A DNA stretch of 63,972 nt, filler included, from Gemmatimonadota bacterium (GTDB taxonomy: Bacteria; 4572-55; J002): NCBI GenBank assembly GCA_003697105.1. It is 4 parts of 4 records of this genome, joined end to end, with 100 filler letters (N's around TTAATTAATTAA, not from the genome) between each part and the next. Parts side by side here need not be neighbours in the genome. Positions count along the whole stretch, not along the records: positions 1 to 21,986 come from RFFQ01000167.1; 3 more parts are not named here. One strand, given 5' to 3'. Both the position numbers and the translations under genes were made by a program. Positions 1 to 10,400 of this stretch are shown in pieces. How positions within the stretch are numbered: the stretch's first letter is position 1; each line of letters starts with the position of its first letter. The notes under the pieces are model-generated. The model searched no databases, was not told the DNA's origin, and saw only the letters and a program-made list of their open reading frames with translations.

Positions 1-882
1 TTCATCCATTTCATCGGTTGGAGGTGCGGCTTGGGGTGCTGGGCTTGGTGCCGGTTGTGGCGTTGGTGTGGGTTGGGGTGCCGGGCTTGGTGCCGGTTGT
101 GGCGTTGGTGTGGGTTGGGGTTGGGGTGCTGGGCTTGGTGCCGGTTGTGGCGTTGGTGCGGCTTGGGGTGCCGGGCTTGGTGCCGCCGGCGCACTACTTT
201 CTTTTAAGACGGGGCGGGTCCGGCGCGGTGGTTTATTCGCATCCGGTTGAATGCCCAGTTTTTTCTTCAGACTGACGATCTCCATCGCACTTTCTGCCAT
301 ATTCATCAAAATTTCAATATTGGAGATATCGGGGATGGGATTCCCCGAATGAACGTTATCCCCGTATAGCACTAGCACCACGTTACCTCCGGCAAGCATT
401 GGTGCCACCGCAACCATCTGCGGGGTTGCTCCCCCTAACCCTTGGATTAGTTGCTGGTCTATGGGTGAGCCGGGTAGGGGTCCCATATAACCAACTTTTT
501 CGCTAACCACCTTTTTCAAGATCGAATCTCCGTTTAAGGCAACTGCCACTTGGACACGATCTTTGGGTGAGCCGGGACCTTTCAGCCCAAAACCTTGCCA
601 GCCCTGTGCATTTCCTCCTTTAATGACAAATAGGACACCCCGATCAAAGGTTTTAGCGGCGGCTTTTAATACAATTTCAGCGATTTGTCCTTGGGTTTGG
701 GCATCACTCATCTCGTAGCAATAATCCCGAAGTTCGCCAAAGTTGGTACTTCCACCTCCGGTTGCAGGTGCACTCGCCCCACCACTGGCAGCAATCGCCT
801 GATTCACCACAGTTCCGAGATTATCAAATATTTGATTTATCTGCTGTTTGGCTTGATCTAACTGTTGTTGGACGGTGCTCAT
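1..882 (-). CDS. GAF-like domain protein with Pro/Gln/Ala-rich linker; 3'-partial (runs off window start)
   Basis: Not in the ORF track. ATG at 882 with AAGGAGG SD. Frame is open to position 1: MSTVQQQLDQAKQQ...FDRGVLFVIKGGNAQGWQGFG...VAPMLAGGNVVLVLYGDN...APSPAPQPTPTPQP...PTDEMDE. GAF-like call is from the sequence pattern. Confidence 0.8.
   Translation of the reverse strand, partial: MSTVQQQLDQAKQQINQIFDNLGTVVNQAIAASGGASAPATGGGSTNFGELRDYCYEMSDAQTQGQIAEIVLKAAAKTFDRGVLFVIKGGNAQGWQGFGLKGPGSPKDRVQVAVALNGDSILKKVVSEKVGYMGPLPGSPIDQQLIQGLGGATPQMVAVAPMLAGGNVVLVLYGDNVHSGNPIPDISNIEILMNMAESAMEIVSLKKKLGIQPDANKPPRRTRPVLKESSAPAAPSPAPQAAPTPQPAPSPAPQPQPTPTPQPAPSPAPQPTPTPQPAPSPAPQAAPPTDEMDE
23..185. repeat. 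Intragenic tandem repeat, about 4 copies of a 42-bp unit encoding PAPSPAPQPTPTPQ-like peptides on the minus strand
   Basis: Core GGGCTTGGTGCCG recurs at 41, 83, 131 and 173 (spacing 42, 48, 42; all multiples of 3). Confidence 0.9.
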
Positions 883-934
883 TATCTTTCCTCCTTAAAA
901 TTCCGATATGTCCGGCATATCAAACTACGGCGGT

Positions 935-1936
935 TTAGGATTCCTTAAGATATAATTTTTTATGGATATGATCAATAACTTCTTCGGATGTAATCAATTT
1001 CATGCAATTAAAGTGCGCTTTCGGGCAATGCGACCGTCCATGAAGGTGGCATGGGCGACAGGCAAGGGATGTTTCTATAATTATGTCGTGTTCGCCCAAC
1101 GGGGAAAAGCCCAAAGCCGGTGTGGTTGACCCAAAAATGGCAATTACCGGTGTGCCCACAGCCACCGCGATGTGCATCGGTCCGGTATCATTGCAAACGA
1201 CTACCTGACACTGTGCCAGTAACGCTGGTAGGTAACGCAGTGGAACTTGACCCGTTGTATCAATTATATCCGGTTGACCTCCCTGAATTTGGCGCGCAAC
1301 CGGCGTATCGGCATACGAACCGATCACGATGACTTTGATGCCTTCAGTGGTTAATTGGTGCGCCACGGCTCGATACCGTTCCGGTAACCATTGTTTCGTG
1401 GAGTGCAATGCCCCGGGCACAAGACCGACAACCGGTTTGCCCTTCCACTGAGAGGCATACCGTTGATCTATAAACGCGATGGCTTCATCTGTTACGGGTA
1501 AGGTGGGTCGCGTTCGTGATGCTGTGACACCAAGTGGTCGAAGCACATTCAGATAGTTATCGACCGTGTGAAATGGCTGGGCTGGTTGTTTTTTGAACCA
1601 AACGTATTGTTGCCGCTGCCACCGCTGCTTTTGGTAACGCTGTACCGGCATGGAATGGAAGAGGGAGATCAGGTGACTTCGTAAATTTGCATGAAGATCG
1701 ATGATTAGGTCGGGTTGCAATTTACGCAACTGTTTTCGAGTGTGCCTAATCCCTTCAAACTGGATTACCTGTTCCAATCCCGGGTAATTCGCGATTAATT
1801 CAATGAACGGTGTCTTTGTCAGATAAAACAACGCGGCTTGCGGGAAGTGTTCCCGGAGCGCATCGATCACGGGCAGGGTTAAAACAATATCACCGATAGA
1901 ACTAAATCTTACAATCAGAATTTTTTGTGGATTCAC
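935..1936 (-). CDS. waaF: Glycosyltransferase family 9, LPS heptosyltransferase II-like
   Basis: KILIVRFSSIGDIVL, NDTGPMHIAVAVGTP and IFGST motifs; C-terminal CRPC...CPKAHFNCM. Confidence 0.8.
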   Translation of the reverse strand: MNPQKILIVRFSSIGDIVLTLPVIDALREHFPQAALFYLTKTPFIELIANYPGLEQVIQFEGIRHTRKQLRKLQPDLIIDLHANLRSHLISLFHSMPVQRYQKQRWQRQQYVWFKKQPAQPFHTVDNYLNVLRPLGVTASRTRPTLPVTDEAIAFIDQRYASQWKGKPVVGLVPGALHSTKQWLPERYRAVAHQLTTEGIKVIVIGSYADTPVARQIQGGQPDIIDTTGQVPLRYLPALLAQCQVVVCNDTGPMHIAVAVGTPVIAIFGSTTPALGFSPLGEHDIIIETSLACRPCHLHGRSHCPKAHFNCMKLITSEEVIDHIHKKLYLKES

Positions 1937-2099
1937 CTACTTTATTTTAGAAATCAGGTTCTTCTGTGATGTTAGTGGGAGGCCGGTTTCACGAACGGGT
2001 TTGGTTATGAAACCGCTCTATCTTTGAACACAAAGTAAATACCGTAAAAATATTAGCAGATCAGAAATTACATGAAGTAGAGAGCTGTAACTTGCTAAT

Positions 2100-2129
2100 A
2101 CTTTAGCATATACCGGTGATCCTTGTCAA
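2100..2129 (-). promoter_or_regulatory. Putative sigma70 promoter for the waaF-like gene
   Basis: Minus strand reads TTGACA-N18-TAAAGT with a TGn extension, in the intergenic region. Confidence 0.45.
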
Positions 2130-2142
2130 TAAAAAACTTAGC

Positions 2143-3216
2143 TTAATTTTTGGGCAGACAAATTTCAAATTCACAGCCTCCTTGCTCGATATTGCGGGCT
2201 GTGATCGTTCCATGATAATGATTTAAGACCGTTTTCGTGACAAACAGACCCGTACCCGTCCCGCCGTAGTGCCGGGTTGCTGAGGTATCTCCTTGATAGA
2301 AATTTTCGTAGATATGAGGCATGGCATCTTCTGAAATTCCCTCACCGGAATCGCGCACGTACACATGCGTTTTGGTGGGAGAATCGATCATGTTGATCTC
2401 AATTTTGCCCCCTTCGGGTGTGAATTTGATCGCATTATCGATAACATTGCGGAACGCTTGGCTTAACCGTACCGGATCACCGTTTAGATGTCCCATATCG
2501 GGTGTAAAGTTACGTACCAGTTCTAATTTTTTGTGGCGAATGGTCTCTTGTTCCTGAATGAGGATGTTTTCCAAAAGTTCGCCTATAAAAATGGGATATG
2601 TATCAAATTTTAATGTCCCGGATTTTAATTCAGAGAGAAAAATAAGGTCTTCAATGATGATGTCGAGGTGGGTGCTGTTTGAATCGATTTGCTCGATATA
2701 GTTTGTAATGGTGCGGTCATCATTTGAAAGTTCCCGCAATAGCAGTTCGATGTAACCTTTAATGATTGTTAGGGGTGTGCGTAACTCGTGAGAGACATTG
2801 GAAATAATATCATTTTTGAATTGTTCTAATTCGGCTTTGATACTTTCCAGACGGTTTAGCCGGGAGTCAATGCGAGCACGTAATTCGTCAATATCGATGG
2901 GTTTTAGGACATAATCATCTGCCCCGACCCGCAATCCCTTGACCCGATCTTCAATTCGTCCTTTTGCCGAGAGGAAGATAAACGGGATATTTGCCATGCC
3001 CGGGATGTTGCGCAACGCCTCACAAAATTCGATCCCCCCCATGCGAGGCATCATTACATCGCAAACAATGACATCCGGTTTCTCGGTTTGGGCAAGTTCC
3101 AACCCTTCCAAACCGTCATAGGCACGGATGATCTCGTACCATTCCTTCAACTGCTCTTCCAGCAGTTCCACGTGAAATATCTCGTCATCGACCAATAATA
3201 CTTTTTTCTTTGCCAT
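2143..3216 (-). CDS. Hybrid receiver-histidine kinase (REC-HisKA-HATPase), cytoplasmic
   Basis: LLVDDE...CDVMMP...KP receiver; SHELRTPLT H-box; NAIKFT, DSGEGI and GTGTGL boxes. Confidence 0.92.
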   Translation of the reverse strand: MAKKKVLLVDDEIFHVELLEEQLKEWYEIIRAYDGLEGLELAQTEKPDVIVCDVMMPRMGGIEFCEALRNIPGMANIPFIFLSAKGRIEDRVKGLRVGADDYVLKPIDIDELRARIDSRLNRLESIKAELEQFKNDIISNVSHELRTPLTIIKGYIELLLRELSNDDRTITNYIEQIDSNSTHLDIIIEDLIFLSELKSGTLKFDTYPIFIGELLENILIQEQETIRHKKLELVRNFTPDMGHLNGDPVRLSQAFRNVIDNAIKFTPEGGKIEINMIDSPTKTHVYVRDSGEGISEDAMPHIYENFYQGDTSATRHYGGTGTGLFVTKTVLNHYHGTITARNIEQGGCEFEICLPKN

Positions 3217-3231
3217 TTTTCCGGTTTATCG

Positions 3232-4539
3232 TCAGGAGAGCAATTTTACAACATCATAGTGTAGAATATAATTGAGTATTTTTGGCGAGAGTTCGGCTTC
3301 TAAAATCACCTGATTCTGTTCGTACTCGCGTTTGAGTACTCGCCCGTTGGTGTAGATTTGGGAAATAATATCCTGATGGGTTTGGGGGATTTTCAAACGG
3401 GCGGTCTGTCGCGTTTGTGCCAATAACTCTCCGATAACCCGCATGAGGTCATCCATACCGGTGCCGGTTCTACCGGAGGTTTCCACAAAGTAGTTTCCAT
3501 GCGTATTTTCCAAGCGTTCAAGGAAACGCCGGTCTTCCACCCGATCCATTTTGTTGTAAACCATAATTGTTGGTTTTTCCCGTACGTTTAGGTCATTTAA
3601 GACCCGGTTGACGGCATGAATTTGCTCATCTGCGTGGGGATGGCTCATATCCACCACGTGGAGCAGAAAATCCGCCTCAATAATCTCTTGCAAGGTGGTG
3701 TGGAACGAGGCAACCAGATGGTGCGGCAATTTGCGGATAAATCCGACCGTATCCGTCAAAAGTACCTCCTGCTGATCGGCAATTTTCACGACGCGGGTGG
3801 TTGCATCCAAGGTTGCAAAAAGCTGATCTTGCACATACACGCTGGCATGGGAAAGCCGGTTCATCAGGGTCGATTTACCCGCGTTGGTATATCCGACAAA
3901 AGCCCCCTTGAAGAATTTTTTGCGGTGTTTGGTTTGGACATCATGCTGTTTTTCGATCTCTTTGAGTTTACGCTTGAGTTGGGTGATTTTCTTTTGTACC
4001 AGACGCCGGTCTACCTCCAACTGGGTTTCGCCGGGTCCCCGGGTTCCGATAGCTCCTTGTGCACCGACACCGCCTTCCTGCCGGGAAAGGTGTACCCACA
4101 TCCGTTTGAGGCGTGGCACGAGGTATTCGTACTGTGCTAGTTCCACTTGCAATTTGGCTTGGGGGGTGCGAGCGTGTGTAGCGAAGATATCCAGAATCAG
4201 TTCACTGCGGTCGATGACTTTGCAACCCAAGAATTTTTCCAGATTCCGTACTTGCGCTGGGCTGAGTTCGTCATCAAAAATGACGGTGGTGGCATCCAAC
4301 CCTTCGATGGCGGTTTTTAGGTCTTCTAACTTGCCCTTGCCGATGTAGTAGGTTTTATCTGGGCGATCGCGGCGTTGTACGACCCGCCCCAGCACCTCCG
4401 CGCCGGCGGTATCAGCCAGCGCGGCGAGTTCATCAAGGCTGTCATCAATATCCCAACGGGTGCTCGTCTCGAGCGCCACCCCCACCAGGATGCTCCGCTC
4501 CTTTTTTTGCATGTCACTCGTATCGTAAAAATTGGTCAT
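3232..4539 (-). CDS. hflX: GTPase HflX
   Basis: GPGETQLEVDRR, GYTNAGKST, DQLFATLD, DTVGFI and NKMD motifs. Confidence 0.97.
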   Translation of the reverse strand: MTNFYDTSDMQKKERSILVGVALETSTRWDIDDSLDELAALADTAGAEVLGRVVQRRDRPDKTYYIGKGKLEDLKTAIEGLDATTVIFDDELSPAQVRNLEKFLGCKVIDRSELILDIFATHARTPQAKLQVELAQYEYLVPRLKRMWVHLSRQEGGVGAQGAIGTRGPGETQLEVDRRLVQKKITQLKRKLKEIEKQHDVQTKHRKKFFKGAFVGYTNAGKSTLMNRLSHASVYVQDQLFATLDATTRVVKIADQQEVLLTDTVGFIRKLPHHLVASFHTTLQEIIEADFLLHVVDMSHPHADEQIHAVNRVLNDLNVREKPTIMVYNKMDRVEDRRFLERLENTHGNYFVETSGRTGTGMDDLMRVIGELLAQTRQTARLKIPQTHQDIISQIYTNGRVLKREYEQNQVILEAELSPKILNYILHYDVVKLLS

Positions 4540-4626
4540 GAAGCCCTTTTCATTTGAGTTAAACAGATGTGAGGGTCGCGACAGAGCATGACATCCCCTA
4601 CCCTATCGCGCTATCCTCGTTGACGT

Positions 4627-5544
4627 TTATTTATCCATCAGTGTGACCATAATCGCCTTTTGGATGTGTAACCGGTTTTCCGCCTCATCAAAAACGATAG
4701 AGTGGGGTCCATCCATAACCTCATCGGTGATTTCCTTGCCACGATACGCCGGCAGACAATGCTCCACCAGCACGGTGGGTTTGGCCCGTTTGATCAGTTC
4801 AGCATTGATTTGAAATTTGGCGAAGGCGGCTTCACGCTTAGCTTTTTCTGCTTCCTGTCCCATGCTGGTCCAGGTGTCGGAGTAAAGGACATCTGCATCC
4901 TGAACCGCGGCTTCCACATCATCGGTGAGTTCTATCGTGCTGATACCGGCGGCTTGGGCGTTTTCTAAAATTTCTGGGTTGGGATCGTATCCTTCTGGGC
5001 GGGCAAGGACAAAGTGCATCGGCAGTTTGGAAGCGGCATTGAGCCACGAATTACAGACGTTATTCCCATCACCGACAAAGACAACCTTCAGATCATTCAG
5101 GTTGCCGCGATGCTCCAGCACGGTGAACAGATCGCCCAAAACTTGACACGGGTGAAGCAGATCGTCCAAACCGTTAATGACGGGAACGTCGGCATGTTCT
5201 GCCAGTTGACGCACATCATCATGGCTGAAGGTACGAATCATGATACCCTCTACAAACCGCGACATCACTTTGGCGGCATCATAAATGGACTCCCGCACGC
5301 CCAATTGAATCTCTTTATCGGTGATGTACATGGGATGCCCACCTAGCTGGCTGACTCCCACCTCAAAACTAAAACGGGTGCGCAAACTCGGTTTGTGGAA
5401 AATTAAGGCAACATGCTTGTTTTTTAGATAGGGTACAAACTGTCCCCGTTTGGTCTGTGCTTTTAGCTTCGCACATAAATCAAATAGATTATGAATATCA
5501 TCCGCCGTAATATCGGCAATCGAAAGAAAATCTTTAGGAAACAT
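4627..5544 (-). CDS. argF: Ornithine carbamoyltransferase
   Basis: KPSLRTR, HPCQ, GDGNNV, DTWTSMG, HCLP and EAENRLH motifs. Confidence 0.93.
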   Translation of the reverse strand: MFPKDFLSIADITADDIHNLFDLCAKLKAQTKRGQFVPYLKNKHVALIFHKPSLRTRFSFEVGVSQLGGHPMYITDKEIQLGVRESIYDAAKVMSRFVEGIMIRTFSHDDVRQLAEHADVPVINGLDDLLHPCQVLGDLFTVLEHRGNLNDLKVVFVGDGNNVCNSWLNAASKLPMHFVLARPEGYDPNPEILENAQAAGISTIELTDDVEAAVQDADVLYSDTWTSMGQEAEKAKREAAFAKFQINAELIKRAKPTVLVEHCLPAYRGKEITDEVMDGPHSIVFDEAENRLHIQKAIMVTLMDK

Positions 5545-5601
5545 TGGTGTAACTCCTAATTAAAAGGTGATTAAATTTTGGCTATTTTTCGATAGCATCG
5601 G

Positions 5602-6435
5602 TTATTCCGTAATTATAAATCGGACTTCGCGGGATTCCGAACCCCAGGGACCCCATTCGGGAGTTTCCCCATAAATATCAACCCGCCACGTATAATTGCC
5701 GGGTGGTAGTGTTTCATAGCCTGTTCGCACAATCCCCGTTTCCCCATACCGGGTATGGAGAAAATCAAATGTAGAGAACGCTTTACTTTTCCAGACCAGT
5801 GTTTTTTCCGGGGCTTCGTGGTGAAATACTTTGACATAGAAAAAAAATAAATCTTCTACTTCCGAGCCACCCGAACGCCATGAAAATTCAAGCGGTTCAT
5901 CGTGGATTGAAATGGTCTGATCATCTGCCGGTGTATTGGGGATGGCTTTTGCCACTAACCGGAAATTTACTGTGTCAGAAAAAGCACTCTCATTCCTTGC
6001 CAGATCGTAAGCCGTGATGGTATAAAAGTAGGTTGTGCCCAGTTCCAAAGAACTGGCGTCGATGTAACTGTCGCGCAGGGGTTCCTCGACCGTTGCAAGG
6101 GGTAGAGAGTCCAGCACGACTGCTCCTAACGTATCGATCCATACTCCGCGATAGATGTAGTATCCTGCCAGATCGATCAAGGGTGACCCGTCTTCATTTT
6201 CGGTGGGTGGTTCCCATTGTAACTCAATCCAATTTTGGTCGGGAACGGCATCGATTCCGGCATCGCGTTCGGTATCCAATCGATGGGGGTCGGTGACTGC
6301 CCCACTGGCAGGAATCAACACAGGTGCTGCCGGCGGGAGTTTATCGCCTTCGGTAGTGGCTTTTTTTTCACATGATGCACCAAGACAGATTCCGATCAAT
6401 GATCCCAGCACGATCATTTTTTGTAGGGTTTTCAT
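5602..6435 (-). CDS. Lipoprotein with fibronectin type III-like domains
   Basis: Lipobox LGAS-C22; LQWEPP...LAGYYIYR...TTYFYTITAYDLARNES is an FN3 pattern. Confidence 0.75.
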   Translation of the reverse strand: MKTLQKMIVLGSLIGICLGASCEKKATTEGDKLPPAAPVLIPASGAVTDPHRLDTERDAGIDAVPDQNWIELQWEPPTENEDGSPLIDLAGYYIYRGVWIDTLGAVVLDSLPLATVEEPLRDSYIDASSLELGTTYFYTITAYDLARNESAFSDTVNFRLVAKAIPNTPADDQTISIHDEPLEFSWRSGGSEVEDLFFFYVKVFHHEAPEKTLVWKSKAFSTFDFLHTRYGETGIVRTGYETLPPGNYTWRVDIYGETPEWGPWGSESREVRFIITE

Positions 6436-6453
6436 AGTGTGTTTGCTATCTCA

Positions 6454-7482
6454 TTACAACGTCATTAGGAGGCTAATCCGGGAGGTATTACCGATGTCAT
6501 AGCGCGAATAGGCATAGTCCAGATTAAATTTCCATAGGTATAAGCCGGCACCGGCGGTGAATCGATCCCCATCCCAACCGCCCCGCAAGGCGTAACCGAG
6601 CCGCAGACCGGCGTTCTGATTCTCATATTCATACTCAACCCCGACCGTTCGGGTATAGTGGTAAAGTGTCGTAGCGTCCAGTGCCAGGGTGATGTGATGC
6701 GCCTCGAGCGAGGGGATCGGTTGCCGGAGCGAAGCCCCAAACCGGATGTTTGTTTTGATGGCATCGGTGCGGGCACTGGCGGTGTTCCATGAGATGCGTG
6801 TTCCGGCAATGTCACTAACACTAAGCCCGAATGCGATCCTACCCAACGGATCGTAGGAGGTTAGTTGTGCGCCGTCCACTTGCAACAAAACACCCACATC
6901 TACCCCAACGCCACTACCCGAGCCATAATCGCCAATGGTATGGCTTAGATATTTTAAGTTTGCGCCGGCGCTAAAATTCACTGGCAACGAGGTATAAGAC
7001 CATCCCAAAGGTGCCAAAAATGTCACCGTTTTGGAGAACGTGAAATAATACGCGCTTTGGGTATCTCCAAAATAACGTTCCGCGACACCTGTTCCCCGGT
7101 TTTCAGGGTTGGCATAACGGTCTTCCGGTGTACCGTTCAAGCGGGCAAATACTGGAATATGGTCAATACTCAACCGGTTGAGGCTCAACCCCAATGCAAC
7201 TCCACCGGGTAAGGGTAAGACGGCGCCCACATATTGGTGTGATGCCAGCCCGTTAAAGAGCGGGGCGTACATCGCCATCACTTGCGATTGCCGCAACAGG
7301 CTTGCACCTGCCGGATTCCAGTACGGTGCTGTGGCATCATCCGCAATGGAGGCATAAGTGTTGCCTAGGGCTAATCCCCGTGCCCCGATACCGTTGCGTA
7401 GGAATTCGCCACCGTATTCCCCAGCGTGGGCGATTAGGGGTAATAAAAACACCATCCATATGAAATTAGCCGGTATCCGCAT
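6454..7482 (-). CDS. PorV/PorQ-family outer-membrane beta-barrel (T9SS shuttle-like)
   Basis: Signal peptide; FLRNGIGARGLALG...ADDATAPYWNPAG N-terminal signature; C-terminal LDYAY...RISL strands. Confidence 0.85.
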   Translation of the reverse strand: MRIPANFIWMVFLLPLIAHAGEYGGEFLRNGIGARGLALGNTYASIADDATAPYWNPAGASLLRQSQVMAMYAPLFNGLASHQYVGAVLPLPGGVALGLSLNRLSIDHIPVFARLNGTPEDRYANPENRGTGVAERYFGDTQSAYYFTFSKTVTFLAPLGWSYTSLPVNFSAGANLKYLSHTIGDYGSGSGVGVDVGVLLQVDGAQLTSYDPLGRIAFGLSVSDIAGTRISWNTASARTDAIKTNIRFGASLRQPIPSLEAHHITLALDATTLYHYTRTVGVEYEYENQNAGLRLGYALRGGWDGDRFTAGAGLYLWKFNLDYAYSRYDIGNTSRISLLMTL

Positions 7483-7489
7483 GGTTTAA

Positions 7490-10400
7490 CTACCTCACAA
7501 TACTTAATTTACCGGTTTTGGTAACGGTCTGTCCCTCGCGTTTGGCACTGATCCGGTAAAAATAGGTGCCATTTGCCAACACTTCTCCTTGGTCGGTTGT
7601 GCAATCCCATGGAATTTCATGATAATCTGTACCGGTGAGACCGTACACCCCGGCATCCCCTTCCCGGATCGTCTTGATTCGCCGTCCGGCTACGGTGTAA
7701 ATCTGAATGATAACTTCATCTGCCGGTCGGGTCAAGGTGTATGTGAAAATGGTTTTATCGTCTTCAGTTTGTACCGGATTGGGGTAATTCCCAACGGTCA
7801 GAATATCAAAATCGGCAACCACATGAAACGTGATCTGTTTTTTCGCAGAATTGCCATTGCTATCGAACCCTTCTATGGAGATTGTGTACGTTCCCGTATC
7901 CAGTTTTGGCATGTACCGTGCGGTTCCTAAACTGGGATTGTGCGGATTCAGATGATACGCCATACCCGTCTCGACCGGTATGTTATTTTGAGTAATATTC
8001 ACCGACCGCAACCAAAAATCAATCCCATTTTGATCCGAGAAAATGGCGGTAATAATCGGTTCATTACTGACATACCCGCCATCCGCAAATTGTTGAGCCT
8101 CCACATCCACATGGATTTGTGGTGGGGTTTGGTCGGTACTCTGAAAAACTGCAAACGTCCCAAAATTTGAGGTCACCAACACCAATGAATCGCCGGTTCG
8201 TTCTACCCTTTCGGTTACCCGGTACCAATAGCCCGTATGGGGAGATTGCCGGTATAACCATACCTCAACACTGTCTGGAGCATCAATCGAGCAGTGTAAT
8301 GCCATCATACCCGTAAAATTGAGCGTAGAATCGAGGGGGCTAATGGTGTATTTTGAGAACTGTCCATCTTCAAGCAAAATAGGGTGTATATCTGGCTGAT
8401 TGGACACGCGCGCCAATGGCTGGCGGACGAATTGGAATGCCGCCGGCTGGTTCGCGGAGAGGATTTCCAGTTGTACCATTTGATCGGCGGACGTCCAGTT
8501 TTGGGGGATTTGCTGGGGATCGACTGCCAACACGTTTAGGGGTTCACCAGCCCGGTGGAGATGGTTGTTACCGGTGAAACTCTCCCCCCAATCCCCATTG
8601 GGATTAACCTCCACATTGATCTCAAATGATGTCAATTGGGAGGGTAGTGAATCGAGTTCGATGGATGCCACCTCCCATGCTTCTACCGCAATGTGCGGTA
8701 AGACTGTTTCCCGAGTTATCCAATGTTCCGTTTCCATGGGACGGTACCGGAATCGCACGGGTACATTCTCTGCCGGCGATCCACCCAGATTGTGGATAGT
8801 GACCTGAAGTTTCGGGACCGTATGACCTGTAATTTTTAAAGACGTATCAATTATCTCAAAATCTGGCGGGCACGACGCTTGTGCCTGATATATTTGACTG
8901 CGTTGGCTGTGGTCGGCGTTGGCAAAATAATAATCGATACAATATTGATAATTTTTTGTGCCGGTACAATAGGTTGCCGGTGGAATTGGTGAGGTCATCC
9001 GAAAGATGTTGTCCGCCGGGGTCATCAGCGTGCGGGTGTAACCGGCATTACTTTGGCGGCACTGCTGGTTATAACGCCAATAACAATACAGATTTCCATC
9101 CAGTGCGCCGGGATTATCCAATTCCACTTGAATCCAGATCGAATCTTGACTGAGGGGTTGGGGTGGTTCAATGCGAATCGTGTTAAAATTGATGTTGGTT
9201 AAGTTGACCGGTTGGCAACCGACCGCTTCTGCACCTGTTGTTGCGTTCCAGCCATAGATGGTCAAATAGATCGTTTCCGGTGCATCTTCCGGCAAATGGA
9301 GCGAGACCGTCTGGGTAGGCAGTGTCGCATTGGTGAAAGTCACCGGTGGGGATTCATAGTACACTGCCTCCGGTGTGGTCAACGGGTCGGTGTAGCGTTC
9401 ACGGGTAAAACGGTAAAAACCCGTACCGCCGGTTAAATTGCTTTCTGTGAGTGTCCCGCTGACCTCCAATCGAACGGAATCGGCGGCGGTCGTGAGCACC
9501 CGAACCTGAGGGTAAATCGTCTGGCGGGGTAAACTAAATTCGAGAGCCGGATCACCAAAGAGGTGATATTCATGGATGGAATCTTGAATCTGATCCGAAT
9601 TAAAGAAGTGTTTGTAATAATACAGCATGCCCAAGGTAAGCCATTCGCCGAAACGGGTCGCATGTTGTTGAAACATGGCATATGATAAGCCGCTGGCAAT
9701 ACCAAAATTACCATTGGTGTAGCCAAATCCGGAGGAGCCAATAGTGCCGACTGCCCCGCCCCGTTCATGGGTTAGAAATCGGACGGAAATCGGCTCAAAA
9801 TTCGGTGAATCGTAGATGCCGGTAAAGCACGTCAAACTAACAATAATGGGGAGATGTTGCCGGTTGTTCATGCGGGGAACATCCTCATAGCGCAGTAATC
9901 CCCGGTCACTCCAGATACCGCCGCCGCCATGTCCTTGATAAATGGCGTACCGCACGCCTTCATCAAAAATGTCTAGCAGGCGCTGGGTTGTTCCATATTC
10001 CGGCGCACTGGGTGGCGCCGAGACATACACTTTAGTAGAATAGACCCCGCCCGGTTGTTTTTCCACCAGTTGGTTGCTATAATCCTGAAAATAGGTGTAT
10101 CCACCGGTTTCCTGACCGGCAACAAAGAGGGTTCGTCGCCGCCAATCCCCGTAATTTGGAAATTCCTCATACTGTTGAATTTTATCAATGACCACTTGCA
10201 CCGCTTCACCGCTTTGTACCGGAATCCGCCCGATAAAATAATCGGGCAACTTATCATATTCTCCATTGACTGCCGTCACAGAAGCGTACCAATTATCCGA
10301 TGCCACATAGCCAAAGTCGCGGGAGCGATAGGCATACGCTGGAATGGTCTCAAAATTAAGGTCTGCCACCGTTTTGTAATACTGTTGGGAGCCTGAACCC

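Noticed and set aside
23-185. Possible CRISPR array
   Set aside because: Units are contiguous, in-frame coding repeats with no unique spacers, and no cas genes are present.
18-275. Plus-strand Gly/Val/Leu-rich repetitive ORFs (18-275 and 68-250)
   Set aside because: They are antisense shadows of the Pro-rich repeat in the SD-led minus-strand CDS at 1-882.
4627-5544. SLRT instead of STRT, suggesting an N-acetyl/succinyl-ornithine transcarbamylase
   Set aside because: The DxxxSMG loop, HPCQ and HCLP-A are canonical for ornithine carbamoyltransferase.
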